From a virus (lineage: Duplodnaviria; Caudoviricetes): a stretch of DNA of 64,000 nt. Shown here piece after piece: positions 1-9,779 of the stretch. The notes below the pieces were generated by a model. It worked only from the letters and a program-made list of their open reading frames with translations, was not told the origin of the DNA and did no database searches. Position numbers and translations under genes: made by a program. The DNA is taken from the IMG/VR virus record IMGVR_UViG_3300026177_000194, positions 1 to 64,000 of that record; one strand, 5' to 3'. The number at the start of each line of letters is the position of its first letter. The stretch's first letter is position 1.

Positions 1-1006
1 ATGCAATGCAAGTCAGGCCTATTGAAACCTCAGACATCAAGCCGTTATCATCTGCGCTTCCACAGTTCTGGCCGTTGTGTGTGGATTTTGCGAAAACATT
101 GCCTGCGCCACCACCATAACCTGCCGATCCTGTTTTTCCACAATTGCCATATCCGTCACTCTCCCACTTCACTGTTGTGTCGTCTGTGTCGGAGAGGGCG
201 TTGTTATTGCATCCCTTGGGGTAATTATAAGTTGCGTGATGCCATGCGCAATTCGCTGTTGACGTTGCCGCCTGTCCGTGCGCCATAGATAACATTGCAA
301 TAGCACTCCGCATAAACTGAGATGAACAGAAGAAAATGCTTGATTCATTAACCGCGCCATCTACACCATCCCGCCTGTGCGCTAAATCAATGGCTGAATA
401 ATAGAAATTCGCTCCGCCGGTACATCCTGCAAACGGGTTGTGATCAGCATGAGACGACAACGGAAGGCCATTTTTAATGCTTGCTGCCGTGAATCCAGTG
501 CCATTAACTACTTTAGAGCATTTGTATTTGTCCCTGAAAAAACCGAGTTTTTCAACTCCGCCATCAATAAACGCTCTGTGTAGTGCGTACCCTGCTGCAT
601 TGGCGAGTGCTGTTGTGGGGTAAGTGTCAATGCCCTTAATGTCGATTGAGTTTACGCCATAGGTTGCGTACGTGGGATTGGATGCATGGCCTATTCGATA
701 ATAGAATTTTGGCACCCAGATCATTACCGAGCCTTCTGTGAATTGATAATTGCCATAATTATCATGGCCTAGTTGATCATATCCCGGCATGCCAACCATA
801 CCAGGTGGAAGGTTTGCCGGAGGACAGACACCAACTCCAAAGCCCATTGCGCCTGGAACGCCTATTAGGTTTTCTTTTGCTAGGCCAACATAATCAGCCA
901 TCGCCGTCCTCACATCCGCCGGTGTCATAGCACTTTCTGTATCCGTCCCTGCTAGGGCTTTGGTATTACCAGCGAGTTGAACCCCAAAAAATCTTTTAGA
1001 TGGCAT
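1..1006 (-). CDS. Partial ORF (335+ aa, runs off the left edge): Mtd-like / C-type-lectin (FGE-fold) putative receptor-binding protein
   Basis: Absent from the ORF track because it has no stop in the window. SD TAAGGAG precedes ATG at 1006 and the frame is open to position 2: MPSKRFFGVQLAG...WVPKFYYRIG...GFFRDKYKCSK...FAKSTHNGQNCGSADDNGLMSE. These motifs resemble phage CLec/Mtd-family proteins. GC is clearly higher than in the rest of the window. Confidence 0.55.
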   Translation of the reverse strand, partial: MPSKRFFGVQLAGNTKALAGTDTESAMTPADVRTAMADYVGLAKENLIGVPGAMGFGVGVCPPANLPPGMVGMPGYDQLGHDNYGNYQFTEGSVMIWVPKFYYRIGHASNPTYATYGVNSIDIKGIDTYPTTALANAAGYALHRAFIDGGVEKLGFFRDKYKCSKVVNGTGFTAASIKNGLPLSSHADHNPFAGCTGGANFYYSAIDLAHRRDGVDGAVNESSIFFCSSQFMRSAIAMLSMAHGQAATSTANCAWHHATYNYPKGCNNNALSDTDDTTVKWESDGYGNCGKTGSAGYGGGAGNVFAKSTHNGQNCGSADDNGLMSEVSIGLTCIA

Positions 1007-1105
1007 TTTATATCTCCTTATACATCTATTAATTACGATTAGTAAGCTTTTAACGGCCTTTGTAGTACTTTACTACTCTATTTACCTTATTTTAGCTTAT
1101 TCTAC

Positions 1106-4100
1106 TTACGTTGTAGTCCAGGACTTATTACCACTAATAATAACCCACATAGTAGTAGCATGAACATACTCTATAGTTAATGATGCACCTATCTCTGTAG
1201 TATAAATAGTCCCACCAGCAGTAGAATCATCAATATAATCAGAATCAGCTGCATCTATAGTTAATTGTCCAGCTCCACTAGGTTTAATAATGGTTAATCT
1301 ACATCCATCTTCATTAGCTCCAACACTAGGAAGTATAATACTCCTAGCACTATCACTACCAAACCTTAATGACTTACCTAAAGTAGCAGTAGTACATGTA
1401 TAATTACCAGTATCAGGACAAGTAACAAATGCATTCTTATAAACAATAACTCCACCTGTAGCTTTACCTGATAACTTAAGATCAATATTAGTGTCCCCAC
1501 CTGATGCCTGTAGCTCTGGAGGATTATTAGTAGCAGCATTAATTACAGTTACTTCATTAACAGCACTACCAGTACTAGTAATTTTAATTGCTTCATTATC
1601 ATTTTGATCATTAATTCCAGTAAATTGAGGTGCATGATCAGAACTTAAATCTTGATTAATAATTGAGTCAGCTTCAATACTTAGGGTTCTGGCTGCATCT
1701 CCGGTGGTTATGGTAAGGATTCTATCTGCAGTTAGATCTGATCCAGGTTTAATAATTAAATCATGTGATGCGTTTGTATCTAGAACATGCAATCCAGAAT
1801 TTCCTAATGTCACTCCAGCAAATGATGGACTGGCAGCAGCCTTTACTGACTGATCAAACCAATCATTTAAAGTAGGATTACCATTTAAGGTAATAGATCT
1901 TGCTGCATCTCCGGTTGTAATCGTTAATATTCTATCTGCGGTTAAATCAGATCCAGGTTTAATAATTAAATCATGTGATGCGTTTGTATCTAGAATGTGT
2001 AAACCTTCATTCCCTAAAGTTAATATTCCAAATTGTGCTGTAACTGAGTCTGTACTTAAATCCTGGTTAATTATTGATGCCGCTTCGACTATTAAATTTC
2101 TTGACAATGATGTTTCATACCAAACTGTGCCAATATACACAAATTTCATTATTGTATATTGAGGAGGCAAATAATTTGTTCCACCTTGTAATTTCAGAGT
2201 TGCTCCATTAACAAAAGTGGTATTATTATCATTAATTAAAACTGAAATTTCTTGTCCAGAAATTCCATTATCAAAAGTTGTAATGTTTGTTGCTCCGGTA
2301 TTAGCCGTAATTAAAATTCCTGCTTGTTTTCCGCTCCCATTTAAGACTGTTGGGGTTGCGTCACCATCCGTTATATTTATTATATTTTTTGTTAAACTTA
2401 AAGAAGAATCTAACTCACCAATTGTTTGCTCTAAATCTGCGGCTTGTGTAATAATTGTGGTTGAAGCATAGGTTGGAGCACTATCACTATCTCCAGAACT
2501 TCCAACAAATGTTTGTAAATTATCTTTACAAGTTTCAATAGGAACTGCTAAATTTCCTAATCCGTCATTATCTAAACTTGGAACTGTATATAAATCTGCA
2601 GCTAACTGACTAATATTATTTGTATTTGTTGGAGTTGTGGTAACAATAGTATTATTAATATCATACAATAGACCATAACTATTAATCGATCCACCATTAG
2701 CTCCAAATAGACACATAACATATAAATGTTGATATGCTGCACCAGTTCTATCTGTTTGTGCTCCAGTAACATCTCCGGTTGCTCCAGAAGACTGTCCATT
2801 CATTAATTCGCCAACAATAAATGTTCCAGATCCACCGACTTGACTTAACAGAATTGTTCCAGGAACTGTTCCTAAACCATTAAATGTTCCAAAAGATCCA
2901 GAAGTATCTCCAACTATAATTTCTCCAATGGTATAAGATCCTGTAGTATCTACGGGTAACTCTACGGTTGAGAAATAATGAACTGTATTAATTGTGGTTA
3001 CTTCAAAATTAATTCCATCATTGGAAACATACCAGACATAATCTGCATTTGTATGTGCTCCGGTAAGATCTAATTCTGCTGATACTTGACATGCATCTAC
3101 ATACGTTAAGGCTGCATCTGTATCATACATATCATTGGATACAAAAATTTGTCCATTTGTTCCATCGACTGCATGGGTTACAGAATTATATGTAGCATCT
3201 GACGTTATTAAATCAATTTGAGTATTATCAACAAATCCATCATATGAACATCTTTCCATATAAGATGAATTTAGTAATGGAACGTATATTGAATCTAAAT
3301 ATGCTTGATAAGCTTGAATATCTAATTCTTTTGTAGCAGACTCAAGACTATTTCCTTGAGTTACAATTAAAGGTTGTCCGCCATCTGGACTATTATAAGA
3401 AGGAGCTACATCTATATCTGAAGAACTTCCAGTGAAAATTTGTAAATTTGTTTTACATGTTTCCATTGGAACTGATAAATTAGGTAATCCATCATTATCT
3501 TGACTTGGTAAAGTATATAAGTCAGAATATAAAGTATCTATATTTCTAGAATTTTCTGGAACTGTTTCTACTATAGTTGCATTAATCTCATACAAAACTC
3601 CATAGTCTTCAATTGTTCCTGTTCCAGAGAATTCACATTTAACTCTTAAATCTACATTGGAATCTCTTTTATATGATCCAGTATCTATGGTTGCAGTGGA
3701 TCCAGAAATAGATCCCGTGATTGTTTCTCCAGCAGTAAAAGATCCAGAACCGGTAATATCATAAATTAATAAATGGTCTATATAATCCATTACTACGGTT
3801 CCGGACAATCCAGAAGTTCCACCAGTTACAATTTCTCCAATGGTAAATACTCCAGTGGAATCTGCTAAAAGTACATAATCAGTAGAGAACCAATGCATTT
3901 CTTCTAGATTAACTAATTCCCAATCTGGAATTGCATCTCCACCATTATTTGTTACATACCAGGTTTGAACTGTTTGAACAGTTCCTTGAACAGATAACAT
4001 ACAAGCGGTAATACAAGTTCCATCAAATCCAGTTGTTGGATTAACATCTGTTAAATTAGTGGATACAAATACTTCTCCATTATTTCCATCTACTTCATAA

Positions 4101-5245
4101 TTAACAGTATCTAATGTTGCGGTAGTATTAACTAGATCAATATAATCTTGGTTAATAAATGCATCCATTGTCATTCTAAGAAATACAGAACTAATTAATA
4201 AATCTTGATAATAATCATATAGTGAAGATCCGCCTCCACCAGAAGTTCCAGAACCAGGTTGGAACCAAAGAGTTACTGTATCAACTCCGGTGGAATCTGT
4301 AATTGATCTACCAACATATTGAGGAAAATTAGCAGGAATTAAATTGGTAATAGTTCCGGGAGTATTAGCAGATAAATAACATTGATCTCCGGTTGAAATA
4401 ATAATTCCGGGTTCAACTGGGACATCATCTGCAACTCCATACAATCTAACTTGACCGGATCCATCAACTCTATAACCAACTTGTAAAACTACACAAGAGG
4501 CTAGAGTTAAATTAGATGTTGCAATAGCGGGATAGACTGCACCATCTGTTCCAAGATAAGCTAATTGTCCAACATTACATGATATAGTATCAATTTCATC
4601 CCTAATAGCTTGTACTGATTCCCATCTTCCTGACTGACCAAAGAAAATTCCTTCCATATCTCTGGTATAGACCATTCTTCCTTCATCTCTATCTTGGTCA
4701 AAAGTAGGAAGGGTATCTTCACAATCAATATATGTTTTAGCATATGTTCTTCTAATTAAAGGATTTGTAGGAAGGAAATCATGAACTGAAGTGATTTCAA
4801 AAGATACACCATTAAAGGAAACTAAAACTGCTTTAAGAAATAAATAACCGGAAGTTAATAATGCATGTTGGGTTGGTTTCAAAATTTTAATTGAAACTCT
4901 TGGTGCAGGTTTTGATTTAACATACGTATAATCTGCAAGGATTAAATAATAACCTGCTTCATTCCAATAACCTGCAGAAGAATCCGCATAAAAATCTTCT
5001 TCTGACATATCGACTATAAAATTAGAATCTATGGAATGAACACAATCATCTTTAAAGAAAGTTCCGGTTGAAACAACTAGACATGTGGTTGGTGAAGTTG
5101 TGTCAATATTAACTTCACAGGAGTGAGTTCCTTTAATACAATTTGTTCCTAATGTAACCATTCTAGTTAGTCGATTTACAATATTCGAATTATATTCAGA
5201 ATACGGACTTACTGTAGTGGTTACTGATGGGTATATGTTGGCCAT
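1106..5245 (-). CDS. Large virion structural protein (tail fibre/baseplate-like), 1379 aa, with internal duplications
   Basis: Long Thr/Gly/Ser/Asp-rich ORF. It has two related mid-protein domains (VDGNNGEVFVSTNL / VDGTNGQIFVSNDM) and a duplicated C-terminal unit, and lies upstream of the putative receptor-binding gene. Confidence 0.6.
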   Translation of the reverse strand: MANIYPSVTTTVSPYSEYNSNIVNRLTRMVTLGTNCIKGTHSCEVNIDTTSPTTCLVVSTGTFFKDDCVHSIDSNFIVDMSEEDFYADSSAGYWNEAGYYLILADYTYVKSKPAPRVSIKILKPTQHALLTSGYLFLKAVLVSFNGVSFEITSVHDFLPTNPLIRRTYAKTYIDCEDTLPTFDQDRDEGRMVYTRDMEGIFFGQSGRWESVQAIRDEIDTISCNVGQLAYLGTDGAVYPAIATSNLTLASCVVLQVGYRVDGSGQVRLYGVADDVPVEPGIIISTGDQCYLSANTPGTITNLIPANFPQYVGRSITDSTGVDTVTLWFQPGSGTSGGGGSSLYDYYQDLLISSVFLRMTMDAFINQDYIDLVNTTATLDTVNYEVDGNNGEVFVSTNLTDVNPTTGFDGTCITACMLSVQGTVQTVQTWYVTNNGGDAIPDWELVNLEEMHWFSTDYVLLADSTGVFTIGEIVTGGTSGLSGTVVMDYIDHLLIYDITGSGSFTAGETITGSISGSTATIDTGSYKRDSNVDLRVKCEFSGTGTIEDYGVLYEINATIVETVPENSRNIDTLYSDLYTLPSQDNDGLPNLSVPMETCKTNLQIFTGSSSDIDVAPSYNSPDGGQPLIVTQGNSLESATKELDIQAYQAYLDSIYVPLLNSSYMERCSYDGFVDNTQIDLITSDATYNSVTHAVDGTNGQIFVSNDMYDTDAALTYVDACQVSAELDLTGAHTNADYVWYVSNDGINFEVTTINTVHYFSTVELPVDTTGSYTIGEIIVGDTSGSFGTFNGLGTVPGTILLSQVGGSGTFIVGELMNGQSSGATGDVTGAQTDRTGAAYQHLYVMCLFGANGGSINSYGLLYDINNTIVTTTPTNTNNISQLAADLYTVPSLDNDGLGNLAVPIETCKDNLQTFVGSSGDSDSAPTYASTTIITQAADLEQTIGELDSSLSLTKNIINITDGDATPTVLNGSGKQAGILITANTGATNITTFDNGISGQEISVLINDNNTTFVNGATLKLQGGTNYLPPQYTIMKFVYIGTVWYETSLSRNLIVEAASIINQDLSTDSVTAQFGILTLGNEGLHILDTNASHDLIIKPGSDLTADRILTITTGDAARSITLNGNPTLNDWFDQSVKAAASPSFAGVTLGNSGLHVLDTNASHDLIIKPGSDLTADRILTITTGDAARTLSIEADSIINQDLSSDHAPQFTGINDQNDNEAIKITSTGSAVNEVTVINAATNNPPELQASGGDTNIDLKLSGKATGGVIVYKNAFVTCPDTGNYTCTTATLGKSLRFGSDSARSIILPSVGANEDGCRLTIIKPSGAGQLTIDAADSDYIDDSTAGGTIYTTEIGASLTIEYVHATTMWVIISGNKSWTTT
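1692..2005 (-). repeat. Intragenic direct repeat, about 104 bp, 210-bp (70-aa) period
   Basis: 1692-1795 and 1902-2005 both encode GLH(I/V)LDTNASHDLIIKPGSDLTADRILTITTGDAAR, with mainly synonymous differences. Confidence 0.9.
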
Positions 5246-5378
5246 TTAAAAAATCTCCTTAAAAGGAATCTATTATCTATAATTAGAAAATGTATGTCAT
5301 ACAATGAATCTTCTTCATTTATTTTTTGTTCTATTTATTTCATTAGATCAGATCTAAAAAATTAGTTATTCTTACAGT

Positions 5379-5394
5379 TACTACATATATTAAT
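5379..5394 (+). promoter_or_regulatory. Plus-strand (putative early) promoter motif TACTACATATATTAAT
   Basis: Near-identical copies start at 5379, 8835, 9288, 19407, about 46565, 50853, 60917 and 61363. All are intergenic and most lie 30-80 nt before a plus-strand gene. Confidence 0.7.
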
Positions 5395-5424
5395 TTTAAA
5401 ATAATTAAAGAAAGGAGTTATTTT

Positions 5425-5976
5425 ATGGAAGAAACAAACAAAAAAGAAGTAGAAGAGGAATCTATTCATCAAAAGTTAATGAACAAAGCTTATGATTTAT
5501 GGAGTACAGAAGAGGGTAAAAAATTAAGTTACAGCGATTTTTTGGATGTGGTTTCTGATAAGTTTGGAAAATTATATTCTAATGCCGTCATTACTGGAAA
5601 TTTAAATTACCAAGTTGAAAATGGTGGTTTTTATCAATGGTTTGAAAATGGTTATTATATTACTCTTGATGATTTAATAATATTTTTTGAAGAAAATTTT
5701 AAAGAAAATAAAACCATTGAAAAATTAAAAAATCTTTTAAATCGTGCAGTTGATATTCTTGATTGGTATGATGGTGGAATAGAGTCGCTTAAAGGAATTG
5801 ATGAAGATTATAAGGAATTTTTTATTGAAAAATTAGAAGACCAATTAATGAATGAATTATCTGCACTGGATGAAACTTACTATGAAATCAACGAAAAACT
5901 AAATGAAATCTTAGAGGAATATTTCAAAACAGAATATGAAAAAATTTCGACGGAAATTAGGGAAGAGAACACGTAG
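5425..5976 (+). CDS. DUF4375/DMP19-like acidic protein (possible DNA mimic)
   Basis: Signature LNYQVENGGFYQWFENG; very Glu/Asp-rich; SD AAGGAG. Confidence 0.6.
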   Translation: MEETNKKEVEEESIHQKLMNKAYDLWSTEEGKKLSYSDFLDVVSDKFGKLYSNAVITGNLNYQVENGGFYQWFENGYYITLDDLIIFFEENFKENKTIEKLKNLLNRAVDILDWYDGGIESLKGIDEDYKEFFIEKLEDQLMNELSALDETYYEINEKLNEILEEYFKTEYEKISTEIREENT

Positions 5977-6041
5977 TCTCTTCCCCAAAATTTCATCTAG
6001 GTAATTAAGTCAAAAGTAATTGGTATAAAAATTAATTTATA

Positions 6042-6050
6042 ATTTGTTCT
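6042..6050 (-). promoter_or_regulatory. Minus-strand (putative middle/late) promoter motif AGAACAAAT, often followed by TATAAA
   Basis: Plus-strand ATTTGTTCT at 6042, 6841, 11423, 21518, 28611, 43224, 46520, 50805, 54726, 58206, 58794 and 60861, with variants at about 5325, 25266 and 36033. Nearly all lie just upstream of minus-strand gene starts. Confidence 0.7.
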
Positions 6051-6060
6051 AAATAAAAAG

Positions 6061-6801
6061 TTATATCAGATTAAATTTTTTAAGTGCATTTTTAACATCT
6101 GTTATTGTAGGTTTCGATTCATTAACATCTATAATTGTCCATCCAGATTCTTTTAGGATTGTATCTCTATTATGTTTTGGTACATCTCTATTATGCCAAA
6201 ATGTATTAGGAAATTCAATATCTAATTTTCTTGAAGGAATACATATGTCAGTTACTAATCTTGATTCTAATATTCCGCTTTTATTAATTTTGTCAATAAA
6301 ATAAGAGTTTTTCAAATCACTAAAATAAAATAATAAAAAATTTAAAATCTTTAATTTTTCTTTATGAATAATATTTTTAGGATCTGGAAATTTTATTTTA
6401 TTTTCTTCAGTAAAGGATTTAACTTCTTCAATAAAATTAGAAACCTCATTAGCAAATTCTTTAGATACAACTGGAATTTTATCTAAGTCAAATTCATTAG
6501 TTTCTTCAATTTTTATTTCTTCTTGAATTTGGTGTGATTTAATTTCTGAGTCTTCTAAATTAGTCAGAGGTTCATTAACAGGAGGATCATTAAAAACATT
6601 AACTTTTTTAAATTTCTGTTTAGCTTTAAATGATTCGCTAGAAATTGGAAAATCTGGATATTTGATTTTATATTCTGGTATTGTTGTTTGATGGAATTTT
6701 AAGTGTTGATTTGTTATTTGACTAAAAGATTTTCCACATTCCTGACAAATAACCATTCCTTTTTCATCATATTGATTCATGTTTAAATTTCCCTTTCTCA
6801 A
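6061..6801 (-). CDS. Zn-finger plus DUF559/Vsr-like PD-(D/E)XK endonuclease
   Basis: N-terminal CQECGKSFSQITNQHLKFH; C-terminal TDICIPSRKLDIEFPNTFWH...GWTIIDV. Confidence 0.5.
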   Translation of the reverse strand: MRKGNLNMNQYDEKGMVICQECGKSFSQITNQHLKFHQTTIPEYKIKYPDFPISSESFKAKQKFKKVNVFNDPPVNEPLTNLEDSEIKSHQIQEEIKIEETNEFDLDKIPVVSKEFANEVSNFIEEVKSFTEENKIKFPDPKNIIHKEKLKILNFLLFYFSDLKNSYFIDKINKSGILESRLVTDICIPSRKLDIEFPNTFWHNRDVPKHNRDTILKESGWTIIDVNESKPTITDVKNALKKFNLI

Positions 6802-6880
6802 TTAAAAAATATATATTTTAACCGTTTCACTTAGTTTATAATTTGTTCTAAAAAATTTTAAGAAAGGAAGAAAAAATAAA

Positions 6881-7102
6881 ATGAAAAAATCTTCGAGTTA
6901 TATAATAGGAAGAATTGCATTAATTGGAGCTGTTTTTGGTTTTATGTTCTATGGAATAATTCAATTTTGGAAAACTTATTGTTCAGGTTCTATGGAACAG
7001 TTAGATTTGTTTTTAGAAAAAGACTCTAATATGTTGTTAGTAATTATTTGTATCGGAATGTTTGGAATATTAGCTGAAATTATTTCAAAAAGTAAAAAAT
7101 AA
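6881..7102 (+). CDS. Small two-TM membrane protein
   Basis: Two hydrophobic stretches; SD present. Confidence 0.55.
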   Translation: MKKSSSYIIGRIALIGAVFGFMFYGIIQFWKTYCSGSMEQLDLFLEKDSNMLLVIICIGMFGILAEIISKSKK

Positions 7103-7121
7103 ATAAAAAGGAAAAGAAAAA

Positions 7122-7505
7122 ATGATTAAACCAAAATGGAAGATAGTTACCAAAGATAGAAGAAGTATGCATCCAACTAAAAATAGTAAATATTCTAAAA
7201 AATATATTGAAGGAAAAATCGTTAAATCTGAACCAGGTAGTTTTGGATTATTTTGTTTTAAGCATAAACATCAAGCTGTAACTTTTTTAAATTTATTTTT
7301 AGATTATGAATATTATAAAATAATCAAAGTTCTTCCATTAATTAAAGGAAAAACACAAAATCGAGTATTTATAACAAAAAATTTGAAACGAAGTTATGAT
7401 CAGTATTTTAAAATGAAAAACAAAATTTATTCAAATTGTGGTGTTTTTTTAGAAGAGGCACCAGAAGGAACAATTTGTTACGACAAGATAAAAGTTTTGG
7501 AATAG
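7122..7505 (+). CDS. Hypothetical basic protein
   Basis: 127-aa ORF in a co-oriented run. Confidence 0.55.
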   Translation: MIKPKWKIVTKDRRSMHPTKNSKYSKKYIEGKIVKSEPGSFGLFCFKHKHQAVTFLNLFLDYEYYKIIKVLPLIKGKTQNRVFITKNLKRSYDQYFKMKNKIYSNCGVFLEEAPEGTICYDKIKVLE

Positions 7506-7523
7506 AATACAAAGGAGAAAATA

Positions 7524-7655
7524 ATGATGGACGAGCAAAAGAAAATTTGTCAATATTGCAAGAAGAGAAAGAATAAGAAATGCACAATTACTGACAAATA
7601 TGTTGCGAGAAAGAAGTCTTGCGATACAGAACCAATTCAGTTTTCTGAGAAATAA
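7524..7655 (+). CDS. Small Cys-rich protein (43 aa)
   Basis: Below the track cutoff. SD AAGGAG; MMDEQKKICQYCKKRKNKKC...KKSCD. Confidence 0.5.
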   Translation: MMDEQKKICQYCKKRKNKKCTITDKYVARKKSCDTEPIQFSEK

Positions 7656-7658
7656 ATT

Positions 7659-8015
7659 ATGAAAATAAAAACAGATTTTATAACCAATAGTTCAAGTACT
7701 GCATTTATCATAACAAATTTAACTAATAAAGAAAAAACTTTAGTTGATTTTGTTGAAGAAAATCCTCAATTAATTGAAATGTATTTGGAAAATTATGGTG
7801 ATAGTTGGCAAGAAAATTTTTATGAGAAATTCACTCAAGAGAATTTAATTAAATCATCAAGAGAAAATAATATTGTTTTCAAACCAAAAGAAGAAAAATA
7901 TTGCACTTTTGGTGATGAAGACGGAACAATAATTGGTGAAGTTTTTGATTATATTCTAAGAGATGGTGGTAAATCTAAAAGTTTTAAATGGAGATTTGAA
8001 GAGTATTTAAGATGA
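7659..8015 (+). CDS. Conserved hypothetical protein, MKIKTDFITNSSS family
   Basis: N-terminal MKxxxDFxTNSSSxxF signature. Confidence 0.6.
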   Translation: MKIKTDFITNSSSTAFIITNLTNKEKTLVDFVEENPQLIEMYLENYGDSWQENFYEKFTQENLIKSSRENNIVFKPKEEKYCTFGDEDGTIIGEVFDYILRDGGKSKSFKWRFEEYLR

Positions 8016-8386
8016 ACATATCAAGCACATTAATAAATATTGCAATTGAAGAGGCTAAAAAAAGCGACCATAAACAAAAGGTTGGTGCGGTCATCTTTGA
8101 TAAAAAGAGAATAATTTCAAAGGGTCACAATACAAAACAAAAATCAATTAAAAAATTTCATCCAAGATTTCAAAGATTTCCTTTTAGTGTTCATGCGGAG
8201 GTAGATTCAATAATAAACGCTAAAAAGAATTTAAAAGGTTTATCTATATTGGTTATCAGAATTAATAAAAATGATCAATTTAGATTAAGTAAACCATGTA
8301 ATGATTGTATGAAATATTTAAATTATGTTGGAATTAAAAAAATTTATTATTCAATTTCAAATTATCCATTTATTTTGGAACTCTAA
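8012..8386 (+). CDS. Zn-dependent CMP/dCMP-type deaminase family protein
   Basis: HAE and PCxxC motifs (HAEVDSI, KPCNDCM); KVGAVI. Confidence 0.8.
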   Translation: MNISSTLINIAIEEAKKSDHKQKVGAVIFDKKRIISKGHNTKQKSIKKFHPRFQRFPFSVHAEVDSIINAKKNLKGLSILVIRINKNDQFRLSKPCNDCMKYLNYVGIKKIYYSISNYPFILEL

Positions 8387-8398
8387 AAGGGAGGTTTA

Positions 8399-8824
8399 AT
8401 GTCAAAAGTAAAAAATAATTTAACAGTTGAGTTGTGTAGAGCAACCATGGGAGAAATTCAAGATAAGGATCTTCAGCAAATTAAAAAATGTCTCCTAAGT
8501 CTTTGTGATTTAATTGAAGAATGTCAATCAGATGATTTTTCTGAAAATCTAATTTCTATTTTAGAAATTATTGTTTATCATATCACAACTGATCCAGCTA
8601 GAGAAAAATTAATTTTGAAATGTTTGCTAAATTTTGATGATATGTTGGTAAATATTCACGAATCAAAAGAAAGAACAGATTTTATTTTAAATAAAATTCT
8701 AGAAGCTTCAAAAGGAAAAAATAATATATCAAATGAATCAGATGAATCTAAAGAATATGATCAATTAAATCTCTTTAATCCGGATGGTTCTAGATGTTCC
8801 ATGGATGAAATTCTAAATTCATGA
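8399..8824 (+). CDS. Hypothetical protein
   Basis: 141-aa ORF with SD AGGAGG. Confidence 0.6.
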   Translation: MSKVKNNLTVELCRATMGEIQDKDLQQIKKCLLSLCDLIEECQSDDFSENLISILEIIVYHITTDPAREKLILKCLLNFDDMLVNIHESKERTDFILNKILEASKGKNNISNESDESKEYDQLNLFNPDGSRCSMDEILNS

Positions 8825-8878
8825 TAAAACAAATTACTACATATATTACTATTTGAAAGAGAAAGATATTTAGTTAAA

Positions 8879-8958
8879 ACGTCGTGAGGGAAGTGATGCG
8901 TCCCAAGTTTACTTGGGTCTTGAAGCACCCCCTTCTTGCGGATCTGAACTCACGACGT
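8879..8958 (+). ncRNA. Candidate structured small RNA
   Basis: GC-rich island with a 10-bp closing stem ACGTCGTGAG/CTCACGACGT and an inner hairpin CCCAAG-TTTA-CTTGGG. It follows the plus-strand promoter motif at 8835 and ends in a T-tract. Confidence 0.4.
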
Positions 8959-9336
8959 CCTTTTTTATTTTAACCAGGGGAATTTAAAAAGGAGGTGATG
9001 CGATGGAATATGGGATGAAGGTTTTTAAAATCAAAATTAAAAATAAACCATCATCTGTGTACAGTAACATTTATACCAACGTTTACATTAACATGTAGAA
9101 AAGAAGGGGGTTGGAAAATGAAACAATTTATTTGTGAATCTATTGAAGTTAATTACAATATTACATTTAAAGAAGTTTCAAAAATAAAAATAATTTATTT
9201 ATAACCATAATCAGATACTTTAATTAGTATCTGATTGTAATGGTTTTTTGTTCATTTTTTAATTTTTTGTTCAGTTTAAAAACAAACTACTACATATATT
9301 AATATTTGATAAAAAATAAAAAGGAGGATTAACTGT

Positions 9337-9540
9337 ATGAAATTTATACATTTGTCATCAGAAAAAGAATACGGTGGAACAGATGTAATTGTTGAAGTTC
9401 AGTTAATTCAATCTTTAAAAATTTATAAATATAGAACAAGCTCTTATATTGAAGAAAAATTTCTCGCAAGAGCTAAAAAAGATAAGAACAGCTGGAAATC
9501 TTTTAATTACTTAAAAAAGAACTCAAAGGAGGAAAAATAA
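9337..9540 (+). CDS. Hypothetical protein
   Basis: SD AGGAGG; promoter motif at 9288. Confidence 0.6.
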   Translation: MKFIHLSSEKEYGGTDVIVEVQLIQSLKIYKYRTSSYIEEKFLARAKKDKNSWKSFNYLKKNSKEEK

Positions 9541-9542
9541 AA

Positions 9543-9779
9543 ATGAACAAAATAATATCAAATAGAAAAAGGGATGATTTCGTTGAAAAATATGCTTGGG
9601 CAGTTCCCACCAAAGAAGCTATCAGTGAGATTGCACTGTTTGCAAATGGCGAAAATATTTTGGAAGTTGGCGCAGGACTTGGTTACTGGGCTATGCGTCT
9701 TAAAAAGAAAAACGTGAATATCATTGCAACTGATGTTGGTGATAATGGGTGGAGACATAGTGAATTACTGAGGTTCTAA
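9543..9779 (+). pseudogene. SAM-dependent methyltransferase fragment truncated by an IS605-type insertion
   Basis: Motif I ILEVGAGLGYWA and IATD. The last codons come from the IS right end, which starts at 9760. Confidence 0.7.

Noticed and set aside
1-1006. A complete DGR in this window
   Set aside because: No reverse transcriptase and no adenine-mismatched repeat pair were seen; only the candidate target gene is reported.
1040-1105. Weak 5-nt periodicity on the minus strand between the two virion genes
   Set aside because: Only about five units, no consistent GY ending; compatible with AT-rich spacer DNA.
7503-7655. TAG readthrough fusing 7122-7505 to the next small ORF (in frame)
   Set aside because: The downstream ORF has its own SD, and in-frame placement has a one-in-three chance probability.
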